Source: Botryllus schlosseri (lineage: Eukaryota). Taken from it: 60,000 bases of DNA. Positions 11,996 through 25,257 of the stretch are shown here, piece by piece. A program made the translations under genes and the position numbers. Numbering within the stretch: position 1 is the first letter of the stretch; each line of letters opens with the position of its first letter. A model generated the notes under the pieces. It searched no databases. It saw only the letters and a program-made list of their open reading frames with translations, and had not been told where the DNA came from. The stretch spans positions 994,001-1,054,000 of the forward strand of contig CM119373.1 of the NCBI GenBank assembly GCA_051294905.1, in the 5' to 3' direction.

Positions 11996-14243
11996 TTACG
12001 GTAAGAAATATGGGTTTAGAAAAGACAAGATTCTGTTTCTTTGTGCAGAGATGAAATGGTTGCGGACTATTTCTTGTCGACAAGCTGCTCCGTTGTGATC
12101 GCTGTCAGGTACATGTGTAACAGGTACTTTCTCAGATACTTGACTAGAAGGATCAAGTTCGATGGATCTAAATAGAAATTCAAGTTTAGATATAGATGTG
12201 CACTGGTTTAGTGGTATGTGTCAAGGAGTTAAGACTTGAGCCCGGGTTAGTTAAGCAAAATCAGTTTACACTCCTCAGGTATGACGAAATAGCTTAGACG
12301 CTAAATACACTTTAACACTTTATCGGAGTTGACTATCAAATGGCAAGATCTATCTTCGTGGCAACCCAGAATGAACATTGACACTACTAATTGTTATCGA
12401 TAGGATTGAAAGGGTGTCTAGTAAGATTGCTTAGTGATAAACTTGTCAGGTTTCCTATAAAAACGCTACACACCAAATTTGGGCCAATTACGACCAGTAA
12501 AGGGCGTGCAATCCTGAATTGAAATTTCGACCATTTTTGAATTTATAGTATTTACAGTGGCAAATTTCGACACTCCGATGTGATCAAACTTCGTGTTCCA
12601 AGCATGACTGAAGGGAAAGTGATGTTTTTTTCACATATTTGCATCTTGATACTGGCCTGTTATAGCGTGGAGATAATGAAATTCCTGATTAATGAAAAAT
12701 TTGACACTGATTTGCTGGAAATGAGTCAACAAAATTGAAATAGTCTCGCTTAAACGATGGTGATATATTAGCAAATAAAATACTTTTAAGGCTGAAATCG
12801 TGCACTACGAAGAGAAAATGAACCGAGGCACAGGTAAAATACAGCAAAATATATTTCCCAGGTTAATATCGATGCCCGAAAGTATCTTTTGTAGTGCCGA
12901 TGTAGATTTGACGACGTTGTGGCTTTTTTCTTCGTAATACGTTATGATATTTGCTTTACACGATTCCTATATGCCTCTACAAGGGGGATTACTAATGCTA
13001 AGACATTATTTTCGAATTTTAGCCGACCTGCATCTTCATAGGGCAGGTATATGTACCGTAGTGAACCATAGTGTTTAGTTCAGTTATGCCATGATTTCAA
13101 GTAACATCATTGAAACATTCAACATAACTGGTTTTTATTTCGCAATGTAGAACAAGTACGTTTGGCCAACAAAACTCGAGTAGAAGGTAGGTAGAATTCA
13201 CCACTTGATTACATTGTGCAAGTATAGGCAATACCCAATTAAGTATGGTACTCCTAAAACAGTAGCTACTTTGTTACGGACCAGTGACCACTTCTCATTT
13301 GTATGCATGCACCCTTTGGCATACTGCCATCATTCTGCCTAGCCACCTAGCATATTTTTAACATTGACAAGAATTCAAACGGTGGAAACATAGTTGTTTT
13401 TACCTGGTACGTCTAGCATAGTTGTACAGTATGGCTGTAGCCACAACGATCCCCATGGTGGTGGAAACTTTTGTTCGTATACCCAGTGATAGGCAAGGAA
13501 AAACCCTCTTCCAGACTCCAAAGGTCCTCTCAATTGTGATCCTGGCCTTGATGAGCGGTTTGTTGAATTTTCTCTCGCCAACATTTTGTGGAGCCAAAAA
13601 TGGGGTCATAAGATATGGTTTGCAACCATACCCATTGTCACCCACTAGCATACCATCATTATATTGTCCATTTTCAAAACACTGCCTCAAGTTTGAATTC
13701 AAAAATATACGCGAGTCATGTACAGAACCCCTCCAACGTGCCACTACATTGGTGAACAACATATCGGAGTTGCAGACGGCTTGAACATTTAGGGAAAAAA
13801 ATCTCTTCCTATTTCTGAAGAGTTCGGCATCTTCACCGCCGGGAGATTGAATTTTTATATGAGTGCAATCAATTGCACCAATGATGCCAGGAAAGCTCCC
13901 CAAAAAAGCCCGATCCTGCTAACTGTTGGCTGCGAGACTCCTTCAAGGTCTCCAGTGACGACTTGGAAGCTTCCAGTTGCATAAAACCTGAGCACGGCTA
14001 GGAATTTCAAGATAGGTGGCAGTGGTTGACCTCGATCAGTAACCGAGATAAGGTCTGCCATCATTCCATGAATCCAACAACTGCCATCTTTGTTAAGCGA
14101 TATCTTTCAGTAAATTTCTCATCAGAAAACGTCTCCATCGGGTTGGTATAATCTAGCAAATATTTTCTTATGGCAGGTGCGCGGCAGGTGGTAAGATATT
14201 GGTTGACAATTTCTTGCAAATCTAGTGTATCGAGGAAATCCAT
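11996..14243 (-). pseudogene. HARBI1-like DDE transposase, frameshifted, with intron 12168-13403
   Basis: LRFYATGSF, GAIDCTH, GSVHDSRI, GDNGY, IERTFGVWK. GT-AG splice joins in frame to a last exon containing GAACRQEIVRNHF. Confidence 0.88.
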
Positions 14244-15511
14244 CTGTATAAATGAAAAGTATTCGGATATCTGTCAAGTCATCTTTATTACCAGGTCCAC
14301 CATAATCATTAGAGTATATTTTGATGGCAGCTATAATTGTTTGTAGAATTTACAGATATTATAATGCCATATGCTCCCCAAAAAAGCCCTGATACTGACC
14401 TTTAGCTGATTATGCTACAATTTTACAATCGCTGTGATGTACATTGTGCAAGTACATAGATACACATCTGAGCCTGCGACAAACTACGAACAGCATAGCA
14501 ATACAGCATTTCAACCCTAGTTTGCATTTTGCAGCAACACTTCAAGCATTCTGCCAGTATTTGACAACTTCATATTCTATCCAATATAACAGTTTCCACC
14601 AATCATAGTTCGAAAAAGCGGTCACCGATGAATGAACACTCAAGTCTCAACTCTATCTTGAGATCGGTCCAAAATGGACCTTGAATACCGCATCCGCTCT
14701 AAATATGAGGTGATCTCAAACTGATCTCAGATTGTGCGATCTTGAGCTTGTCTTGAAGTACCGTTCTTGAATACGGGCCTAAGTCTCGCCTACTTACGAT
14801 TCGTTCAATTTGTTCTACCTGATTCTTAGAAAATGTTGGCTTTATATGATTGGTATTTAATTTAGAGCCCCTAAAATTTTCCAAGTTATCCAAAGTATTT
14901 ACTATGACATCCCTAACACGATTGGGGTGTATTGCGAAAGAGCTTTGGATATGGTCGAATTGAATATATTTTGGAGATTGGGAGCGGAATGGGTTTCAGG
15001 AAAGGTTTGGGTTTTCTAATGGGGTCTCTATGGGGGTTGGTTTTTAAAAGTAAGTTAAGTACTGCACGGGTGACTTCTCATTTTTGAGTTTATTGTGGGA
15101 TCGAAATTGTTGGGTGGGTATAAAGAAGGGGCCTACACCTGAGATATCAGACAGAGCGTAATCCGGAGTGTATGTTGTGAAATTTTGGGAAGTAGTGCGA
15201 GGTTTGTTGAATTCTTCCGTGATATTTTTATTAATTAGATTATGGTGTGTGGTTAGTGAGGAGGTCATGTAAGTCTTGGTAGTAGAGGATAATTGATTTA
15301 GATGGTGTGCTGGACATAGTGTCGAGTTTTTGGGGATTATCGTCAGATGTGTAATTACGATATATAGCTGCTTTGAAGGCTTTTGCTGCTTTTTCATCAT
15401 CTCCATCCGCATTAAATAGCATTTCGATAGTAGTTTCCACTTCATGACATTTTATGTGTTTGGCCCGTTCCGTTTTCCCTGCATCATCAAGATTTTTTCG
15501 CATTCTCTCTG

Positions 15512-15610
15512 ATTAATGCATTCACTTTTCTTCATAGTTATGTCTTTCCCATATGGTTTCAAATCATTCAACCCCCTTATGCACAGCTGCATCCCAGTCT
15601 CCCATATGTT
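15512..15610 (-). pseudogene. Short Mutator-like/Kolobok-type transposase fragment
   Basis: Minus-strand frames give MGD(W)D..VHKG and DLKPYGKDITMKKSECIN, resembling the GDGD...PYG...K.EC.NH motif. Confidence 0.45.
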
Positions 15611-15714
15611 TAAATCCCAAAATCACTGGAGCACTTCCATAATTCTTTGGCAGTATGGTATGGAACGATTGGGTGGGTATGGAGTATGGAGAATTCCCAT
15701 TCCATACCATACAT

Positions 15715-16134
15715 TAGGCTTACCATATTTCGGAAATGAAAAAAGAGGACACTTTTTCAGAAATTTCAGACATGCAAAACTGCAGAAGAATTCTCAAAAA
15801 CCGGTAAATTTTTCCCACTTCATGATCGGTTGACTAAAAAAAAAAAGGTCATCACTTCCGCTCAGAGCTCAAAATCACGTTTTTCACTCCACATTGCCAG
15901 GTGGATGACTAAAAAAAAAAGGTCTTCTTTTCGCTCAGAGCTGAAATCACCACTTTTCCCTCCGAAATACCCGCCGGAGCTTCACTTTTCACTAATTTGC
16001 ATATCACTCGCAATTTTCTCTAAATCTGACCTAAATTTTCAAAAAAGAGGACAAAAGGCCGTCCTCCGAGGACACTTTCAAAAAAGTCAAAAAAGAGGAC
16101 AAATCCTCTTAAAAGAGGACGTATGGTAAGCCTA
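15715..16134. mobile_element. hAT MITE (420 bp)
   Basis: TIR TAGGCTTACCATA, 8-bp TSD CCATACAT at 15707-15714 and 16135-16142, subterminal AAGAGGAC repeats. Confidence 0.92.
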
Positions 16135-16152
16135 CCATACATGCCCTGGTTA

Positions 16153-17777
16153 TATATATATATATATCGTCTTTCAATTAAATAAAAGGGCAAAAGAAAA
16201 CAGGAAACAAACGAACATCAAGATAATGAGTTTTCAGCCCTTATTAAGCGCCTCCATCGTGGGCGGTCGTGGGCGTCTTCGAGCGATAGCCCGCGTTGCG
16301 CTAGCTCGGTCTCTATTGTTGAGCGCCATGTGGTTCTATTCCAGCCACCTCTGCGCCATGGCTCCGTCGGAATGTGGTTGATGATGGCGGCGGCTGGTTG
16401 ATCGTCTTGATGCCGCACTAGATGACCGATTAAGCGTAAGCGTCGTTCAGCAGCCAGCAAACGGCATGGGACTGTTTTTGTGAGTTTGCGCAGAGCATTG
16501 GTGGATATGTGCTCCGGGTGGTGGATGCCGAGTGCGTAGCGGAGGAGTGCATCGTAGTTGGCGTTGAGTGTCTTAGCCAGCTTTTCTGTCAGCGTGAGTG
16601 CTTCTATTCCGTAGAGAAGAACCTGCTCGACAGTGGCACGGAAGATGCGGGTCTTGAGCTGGGTTGAGGCACTTGAGTGGAAGAGGCTATGTAGCCGTCT
16701 TGCCGCGCCCCAGGCCTTTGCTCGCCTCGCCTTGAGCGCTTTTCCAGAGTCAGCGACGTCAATACCGAGGTAAACAAAACTCGTTACATACTTGAGATCG
16801 ATATCTCCCAGTTGAATTGGTGTCGCGTTCGCCGGTAGAGCTGGTATGGCCAGAACCTCAGTCTTCTTAGCGTTGATCTGGAGGCCAACAAGAGCGGCGG
16901 CGGCCTCTAGCTGGTTTATGAGACACTGTGCCGATGCGGTGTTCGGGGCAAGCAGGGCTAGGTCGTCTGCGTATGCAAGAACACCTACGTGGATTGCCTC
17001 GCGAGTCGTACGCGTGCGCGTTCCTTGCCGTGGCCGCCGTTCGAAGAAGTCGTGGCATTCATGTCCCCAAGCAGCATGGTTATGTCGCGCTGCGGGTAGG
17101 TTGATAGAATGCCTTCTAGTTGGTCGTAGAAGGCGAGCGTATCAGCTGGGAAGGCAGTGGTGTTCGGAGATGTTGGTCCATACGCACACACTAGGTGCAG
17201 TTTGCGGCGACGGAGTTGAATGCTGGCTGTGATAATCCGGCTGTTTATAACGCAAATCTTTGCCTCGGCGTGGAAACGCTGGGACAAGATTAGACCGACG
17301 CCTCCAACTCCGCCTTGGTTGGCAGGTGATTGGATCATGATGATGCCTGCGCCTAGGTCTTTTTCACGGAATGGTTCGGTGAAGTGCTGGCGATGTTCTT
17401 GGATTGCCAACGCATCAAGTTTGAGGTCTGTCACAAGTGCGGCAGCTTCTTCCTGGCGCCATACAGAGTTCAAAGTTCTCGTGTTCAGAGTTCCAAGTTT
17501 AACTTCTGCATTTAGGCTAATCCTCAGGGATCTTGGTTGAGGCTTCGGGTCCCCGGCGCCACCCGGCAGATCCCAGTCTTTCTGTTGATATTGTCCCACT
17601 CGGCGAGTACGCAGTAACTTAAGGTAGTAAAGTCTTCGTCGCACTTTGCGACTTGGTCTACTCTGTTTACTGCCTATACTGCGCAGCACGTCCGAGCTGT
17701 ACGTAATCATTACAAAGCAATCAGCTAGCGGAGCGAGAAATACACGTCTGCACTCGGCGACTGACTAAAGCGACTTC
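16153..17777 (-). mobile_element. Internally deleted copy of the RTE-like LINE at 48089-51276
   Basis: Near-identical to both ends of the full copy, with about 1.57 kb missing at a junction near 17050. (TA)n tail. TSD GCCCTGGTTA at 16143-16152 and 17778-17787. Confidence 0.95.
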
Positions 17778-17785
17778 GCCCTGGT

Positions 17786-18530
17786 TAGGGGACAGCCACA
17801 TTTATCGCAGATCTTCGTATATGGCCTTAAGTAGAATAGTTCGCAGCAGATTTATTTGACTTGAAGGTTTTTATTTGCTCGATTAATTGGCACTCGTGGC
17901 ACTCGATTTCTGAAGATGTGTTGAAACATTTGAATGAGGAGGACCGTGTGTTTCTGGAGGATCAGCGTGGGTCACGTAGATTCACATTTGGCTATACAGA
18001 CCAGGCTCAATTCAACAGCTCTGTCGCAAACGAGCCGCAGAGGATGCCGAAATAGTTCGCAAAAAAAAAATCGCAAGAGTGCGAGTTCTCTATTGTAATA
18101 TCACCAGACTCAATTATATCTACTAGCGATACTGAGGGCTCTTCTGACTCGGCCAGATCGACCGAAGATGAAATGCCCGGATGCAGTGGCGTGAAAAAGC
18201 CCGATTTCATTTTTTTTTGAAAGTTCCACGAAAAGCGTCAGGTTCGAGTAAAGTATTAGCTGCTGCCGATAGGCATAAGATTTCGAGCAATTGCTTGAAT
18301 GATGTATTATCATCACTCATTGTAGATTGCGGTGGTAATGTTGACGATTTTGTGTTGAGTACCACAACAACGTTGCGGTCGAGAAATATTGCGCGCAGCG
18401 AAATGTTCACAGAAATAAAGGACAAATTTCAATTTCCGACCGATGGCAGATCAATCACAATTCATTGGGATGAAAAGCTGCTGAGGACTGGGAATGAGAT
18501 GACTTCTAAAGAGCACATTATATATATAAC
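17786..18530 (+). pseudogene. hATm-like transposase remnant
   Basis: FLEDQRGSR, AAADRHKIS, STTTTLRSR and ITIHWDEKLL motifs; TAGGG start at 17786. Confidence 0.6.
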
Positions 18531-19249
18531 TGAGTGTATAATCCCAGGACTACACAAAATGTGCAATTCATGAATTGGCCAAGGCAATGTGGGCAAGAAT
18601 ATGTTGCGGACATGGAGTCACAACCATCGGATTTTGCTCCATCCATAACTGTGATGTGGAGTCCGATGACTGTGCATTTAAATGATATACCTTTTCGACC
18701 AAACCATATTGTTCCGATTTTCCAATGAAATACGGAAAATAATATGATTCAACTGAAAGCAGGACGATTAACCCGTCAAAAATTAATTCAGCGGATCACA
18801 GTCAGAAGACATCGTATTCAATAGATGTCGAAGAAATGTCAAGGCGAGGCTTCGAACCTGGAGTGAACCTGGAGTAAATAATTTTCAAAAGGTAACAAAT
18901 TCCATTGATGCTGGGGAGAGGTGTCTTCTATGCGGACCAATACCAACAATTACCAAACCAATTTTGTATCAATCAAACCATAGGCGCCGAACGCTAATTT
19001 TCCTTAGGCATGCGGGTTCGATGACGTCACAAAGGGATGACGTCATAATGTGACAAAGCAAGTGATCTCCTACTTAGTTGGTTTGCCTTGTGCCGTCGTG
19101 CGTGTCAGGTTTTGATCTTTACACGCGCCCGCAAACCTCGCTAATTTATCGTGTCAACAACATAGGCAATGTGCTGAAGATATAATCACTGGCCTAAACA
19201 GTCGCATCTCCAGCAGGGATGGTGCGCACGATATAATGGTTGACCTGAG

Positions 19250-21720
19250 TAATCGCATCGGTAATAGGCCTGGTGCGCAACACATCATTTATTGTATGGG
19301 GCATCAAATCAACCTTGTTGTTTAAAATAGTATCTCAAGTTGCACAGAAGGTGGGAATGCGTTACGCATATTAAACGAGGTACGCATATTAAACGAGGTA
19401 TCGAAATTCGTTTTAAGCATTCCAGTCGTTTTGGCGAGTTTCTGTTTTTTCATACCAATGATAGCGATGAAATGAGAGAAGCGTTGCCGTCGCTCCGGCC
19501 GCTATGCCCGACTCGCTGGCAAGGGCGTAGCCAGAAAAAATATTTGGGGGGGGGGGCGAAAATTTCATGACGTAAATGAACGTTAAAGATAAAGAAAAAT
19601 AGGTAAAAAACGATGGACTTGGGCCCTTATTGGATGATTAACATAACATTTTGTGTGATCGTTATATATATATTCCATTCACAGAAATGATGTGATAGTA
19701 TGATGATTGTGGAAAACCCGACGACAACACCTTCGCGCGAAGCGCGCAAATTTTTCTTGGTTAATGAATGAAATTGGTTCATTATATTGTTATTTGCATA
19801 CTGCAAATACGTTTTCATTAACAGATTTACCGGCAGGGCTGATAGAAGTGGTGTCATCGGGGGGCGCTTAATTATACATCTTGAACTATATATGTTGCAT
19901 ATGAACTATATATGAATGTTGATGAACTTTTTTTACTCTTCCAATAGGATCGTACCGATAATAGGTAACGGGGAAAACAATACTTATATTTATACGTATC
20001 AAAATTAATAACAATTTATGACATGAAGACTTCTGGTGGATCCCCGACCTAGCCGCGCGAAATATTGTACAGGACGATCTACGAAAAATGTGGCGTGCGT
20101 CAGAACTGGTATTTTAGTCGTCAAAATCCCAAATTTCGCGGTCAAGCTAACCAAAATTTGGTTATTTGGTTTTGGTAATTTATTGTTTGATAATATTAGT
20201 AATTTCGAGAATCAGCCCGCGGGTCACTCAAAACCTTTTCGCGGGCCACGGGTTGGCCGCCCCTGTTCTAGAGAACGTGCAGAACGTAAATTCTTTTTTT
20301 TAATAAATGAAGGATTAATTTGATCAATAATATTGGTGCGTCTATATGAACAAGTGGTGTCCATTCTTATTGACGCTATAGCCTACTTTAAAGATTGAAA
20401 TCGCTGATACAAATCAGACCAAATACAAAAACTCCTTTGATCAGACTCGTTCAATTTCAAATTAGCACTTTTTAACGTGAAGTGGTGATATTTTCTTGTA
20501 CCACGCAGTCGCATTTGTGTTGGAGGGGCCTGATTGCAGGGACAGGATCATTAGGCGCCATGCAGCCATTCAAGTACCCGAAAATGTTTCTCGAAGGCTT
20601 TCGGAATACATGGGTCGGTTTTATGGCCGTCAATCATTGTGGGGGCGCACTTTGCGGATTCGCATGTACCCTACTTTATCTATCTTCGTGTGTCCCGGAA
20701 CGGAAGTTGCCGGAGCTAACAGTCCCCAACCCCCATACTGAACTGACACTCCTATAGACTCAATCAACCCAACGACCTCGGGCTACTCTAGTGTATCTAC
20801 TGGTACTGTTGTATTTTCATAATAGAGAATGCAGCTAAATTCTATAATGGGTATTTGCGGAAAGAGTTCGTGATACCGATAATAAAATCAAGACATGAAT
20901 GGACAATAAATCGCGCGAAGCGCGAAGAAAAATTTTAGGTTACATACATCTGCCCCAAAATAATGTAATATCTATTGATTTTACGAAAATTTTCCAAAAA
21001 TTTGGGGGGGCGACCGCCCCTTTCGCCCCTCCCTGGCTACGCCAGTGCTCGCTGGGTGATGCGAAAAGCGTCAATTGACAATTTTATTGCGAATTATGAA
21101 AAAATGTTGAACTTGAACTGGTTGGAAGAATGCTGCGATAGTCAACAACAAGACGCAACCACCAAGGCACTTTGTCTATCTTACTTGCTGCAATTGGAAA
21201 AGTTTTCTACCTACTTTCATCTGCGGTTACTTCAACGGCTGGTGAACACTTTCCACTCTGTTCACAAAGCAATACAAAGTTCCACGATTTCACTATTTTC
21301 GGCCAGGCAATTGATTTCTAATCTGCCTCGCGTCCTCATTGGTGACGGGGCATCAACGGAGAATGCCAGTGCATTTTTTTACAAGGTATCTGGCGAAGCA
21401 CGAAAATTAATATTAATATTACCTTCCGTTCCGCGCGCACGGAGCCGAATGCACTCACAAAACTCTGACCAACAACATTCTGTGGATGATTTCTTCCGTC
21501 ATACTTACCATGATGTCTTTTCAAAGAGTAGTGAAATTCTTTTGAGTAGATATGACTTTAGTGCATTGCGTCGATTGAAGACGTATCTGCGATCGACAAT
21601 GTCACAGCGCCGTCTCAACTCATGCTAAATCTTGAATGTCCATTCTGAGATGGTAGAAAAGATTAATATGGAAGCCATGATCACAGAGCGCATCAATGCT
21701 TTTAGATATTAGGCACTCGT
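19250..21720 (+). pseudogene. hAT (Tip100/ZMYM1-like) transposase remnant, interrupted
   Basis: YCMGHQINL, LRPLCPTRW|VMRK (joined after removing the insert) and FSALRRLKTYLRSTMSQRRLN. Confidence 0.8.
19520..21047. mobile_element. Non-autonomous hAT element
   Basis: TIR CA(AG/CT)GGCGTAGCCAG, exact TSD CTCGCTGG at 19512-19519 and 21048-21055. Confidence 0.9.
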
Positions 21721-24700
21721 TATGCTATTTCCTGTCCGCATTCTTTTGTTTAGTCACGTCACAATTTCTTTCCGGTCACAAATACAATCTCATTGCGAGA
21801 GCGTGTATTTGTTCAACTATAGATAACTAAGGTAAACCGTAGATGCGACACAAGCGAGCATCACGTGACTTCACGCTCTAAATATACTTTACGGCACTGT
21901 TGTTGTTTTGCTTGGCGCTTATGCAGCAGGAGGCAGATTTCAGCATTAGGATGGTAATATCTATCCATGGGGTATGTTTAGCGAGTAGCTGCTCCGTATG
22001 GTTACTAACTAAGGTTGTTGGATCCATGCTACACAATATGTGATAGGAAAACGACCAATCGAATACCATTTCGAAGCCATTAAATACGGCTGCCCGAAGC
22101 GGGTTTCTTGTTTCTCGCGATAGAAGTTCCCAAGGTGTCGTATTGAAAGTAATTATACTACTAATGACGTGTTGGTATCATATCAATCAGAATAAGAAAC
22201 GGAATTTCAGTCGAAACGTACAAGTAAATACAATTTTTAAGCCATAATAAATGGCTATACCACACAAGTAGAAATTCAGAGATTGGAAGTAGTTACTCAT
22301 TACGGGTTGGATTAGAAAAAGCATTTTGGTTGGCCTGATCTAAATCCCTTCTAATATTGGAGATATCTTGATATGCATGAAGTTATGCTGCAGTGATAAG
22401 AATTATTGTTACTTGACAGGCGATTAACTGTGTAATAAATTTATAATCGTACATAACTTGTGATAGGGACGGAGGGAGGTGTATTTGATTGGGAGTCACT
22501 GTTGACTGACGACGTAATTCATGACCTGTTGTACAACGACATGGAAGAAAGTAACGACAAAGAAGCATCTGGTCAAGTTGAGAAGCCTACAGCTAAAGCG
22601 GCTATTATAATAAATAGTATTTTACCTCATGACTTCATTCAACAAATCAGTGATAAAATCACGTTGTCTGACTATGGCAGGCAGAAATTTGATGGATTTT
22701 GGAGTGAGTGGCAACTGGTGATAAGACTCTGGAACCTAGTGCATTGCTCAGAATAGCCACAATACTACTGCCTACCATCTATCTTCATTCAATAAGTCTG
22801 TAATGGAATCAGGCTGTCCCAATGCGGCAAGCAGAAGATTGATGGAAGTCGATGTGAATTTCAGTCGAAGCAGGTGATAACGCAGAAGCATTTCACGCAT
22901 GGGACTATTTCTATGAAAGTTTATCAAGGATCAAATTTATCAAAGGTTTTGCTCGGCACAATGAAGCTAATGAGTTCAGTCAAAGAAGAAGAAACTTTGA
23001 GGAAAATTTGGTGCGTTGTGAGCAAAAGTCCTCAGTACATTGCATGGGCACTTTCAACAACACACGTGGCCCTCTCGGAGGAGAACACCGCGGTTTGGAA
23101 ATTGTAAACTCTGCATTGCAATTTCCAACCACGTGGCTCCTTCATTTCATTTATGAAGAGGAAGGCTTGACCAAATATTCATATTTTGGAGGCAAACGAA
23201 CCCGATACTGAAGTAGAAATGATGTTAATTTCATCTCAAACGCAAGTAAAAGTAGCAATTTCCAATAAGGCTGAGTTTAGAAGTAGTCAAATATCATAAC
23301 CATGCTAGTAAGTCTTACAAGTAGGTTACTTGAGTACTTTGAAAAAGTAGAAGTATTTCGTCACTATCCACCTGTTGGAATCTGCCAAAATATATCTGAC
23401 TGTGACATAACCAACAGTCCATGTGTTTCTGTTTTTATGTGCCATATTTCGTGATTTATTTTCTATATCATCATGAAGAAGGAAGCAATAAAATGCGGTT
23501 TTACCAAATTTGTCTCACCTGGGAGAGCCTAACAAGGATTAGAGAACCGAATCAATGGTCATAAGTCACAGAGTAAGGGAGTGTCTATATTTCCATCAAA
23601 CCGAAATACATAACAAATAAGGCAGCATCAATAATGACATGGAAGATATAGCCTGCACATGCGCAATACTAGGATAGGAATGAGTGATGAGACCTTCGCA
23701 TTCATCTTGTCGGATCACACCCACATCAAACATGTTGTACACTGTCTCATCTGATTGTATAAATAGTCGTAAACATATATGATTAGAATAATGTAAGGGT
23801 TAAGTAGGTTAACAGTAATGATATATGACGACAAGATGAAGATTTTCTACATCCATCATACGACTGTTCACGGATAGATGTTGTGACAGTGAATTACAAA
23901 TGAGAGACCCTGAGTGGACAATAGATTTCTAGCCAGGTTACTATTAGATGCAGGGAACTATAGATTTGCCCGTTGACAAGGATCTTGTAGTATGAGAGTG
24001 AAAATATTTGTGTGTAACTATTATCTTGTAGAATTCAATGCTTAATGAGGGTAGGTGACAACCTGGTACGTAGAGGTGCTCCTACATCTGAAAGCAGATG
24101 GGCTGCATGTTTTGAAAATACTGGGTGTCAAAAATGTGGCAATTAGAAGCCGCCTTGCGGTAACAAATCATCCAGTTAAATTATGTCAAATGTGAAAAAT
24201 CATTTCACTGACAGCTTAAACGATGAAATTGACATTGCGCTGATTTTATGGAGTTTTGTGCTTCTTAGATAAATTCCAGCGGTGATTTGGATATCTGACT
24301 GTGGAGTTACGCTAGTCACTCCATCATGCAGGCATTCACAGAGTCTCTTTGGCAAAGCTGTGCAATAATAGAGGGATCATCAATGATGTTACGTAGGTCT
24401 TATGTCACACAAATTTCACAACCTTTACTTTCATCCTCTTCGACTGGACTCAGCATCGTCATTTAGTTTCATTTTGTTGAGAAGAAACTTGGTCCTTGAT
24501 AAATTTATAGAAATAGTCCCATGCATGAAATGCTTGGTGGGATCACCAGCTTTGACTAAAATTCGTATTAAAATCCATCAATCTTTCGGTTGTCGTATTC
24601 GGATAGCGTGATTCCATTACTGACTTCTTGAATGAAGATAGCTGGTAGGTGGTATGATAGTGACCCTTGTATAAATTTCATATCCAGCAACCACTTGCTT

Positions 24701-24839
24701 CTTTGCCATCATTGTCCTCTATGTCATTGCACATTATACAGCAGATAACATGGTCAGTGAGCAGTGACTTTCAATCAAATCCACCTTCATCGGCCAAGTC
24801 TGGTATACACCCATCTTTTCTGGCAACGAGCCGACCACA

Positions 24840-25190
24840 ATGGATGTAAAGATATCCAAATATGTTTGTTGCTACTACGACGCCCAGTGTTGATTGGCAT
24901 CATTATGGAGATGAATACGGTGTCGAAAGATGCTCTAGTGAATTTCCTCCATATGTCCGATGAATTTCCTCCATATGTCCGATACCACAGATGACTTTTT
25001 TGCATGGCCACCAAAAGAGGACAAATGCTGGGTCTCCTTTCATTACATTCTTTGCAAGATCCAGCAACTTCAACTTAAGGATGCTACAAATACTGCACGA
25101 CGATCTGCCCTCAAATACATAATCTCACCAGAAGACAAGCCAAAGATCCAAAATGTATTTTCTCATTTCATGTCTAGAACCCGCAAAACC
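24840..25190 (+). pseudogene. Transposase-like C-terminal remnant (possibly Sola2-like)
   Basis: IGII...DALVNFLH...FAWPPKEDKCWV...ILCKI resembles C-termini of such transposases; recognised from memory only. Confidence 0.35.
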
Positions 25191-25257
25191 AAGTATCTTT
25201 TACAATATTGTCGCTGTATGGCCTCGAGATATCATGGATTAGTTATGAAATCAAACT

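Larger units (their letters stand above)
10304..14779. mobile_element. PIF/Harbinger transposon with two convergent genes
   Basis: TIR GGCCCGTATT(T/C)AAGAAC. TAA TSD at 10301-10303 and 14780-14782. Carries a Myb/SANT gene and a DDE gene. Confidence 0.95.
9000..15511 (-). mobile_element. Second, divergent Penelope-like retroelement (decayed), split by a Harbinger insertion
   Basis: Motifs GPFFIPT, GRPII, IVTFDFESLYTNI, GLAMGS, RYLVDG, LLDLTL and SNHPAHTYTGIITTELTRY spread over 9000-10300 and 14783-15511. Confidence 0.75.

Noticed and set aside
12290..13080. Possible MITE within the Harbinger intron
   Set aside because: No convincing TIR or TSD pair found.
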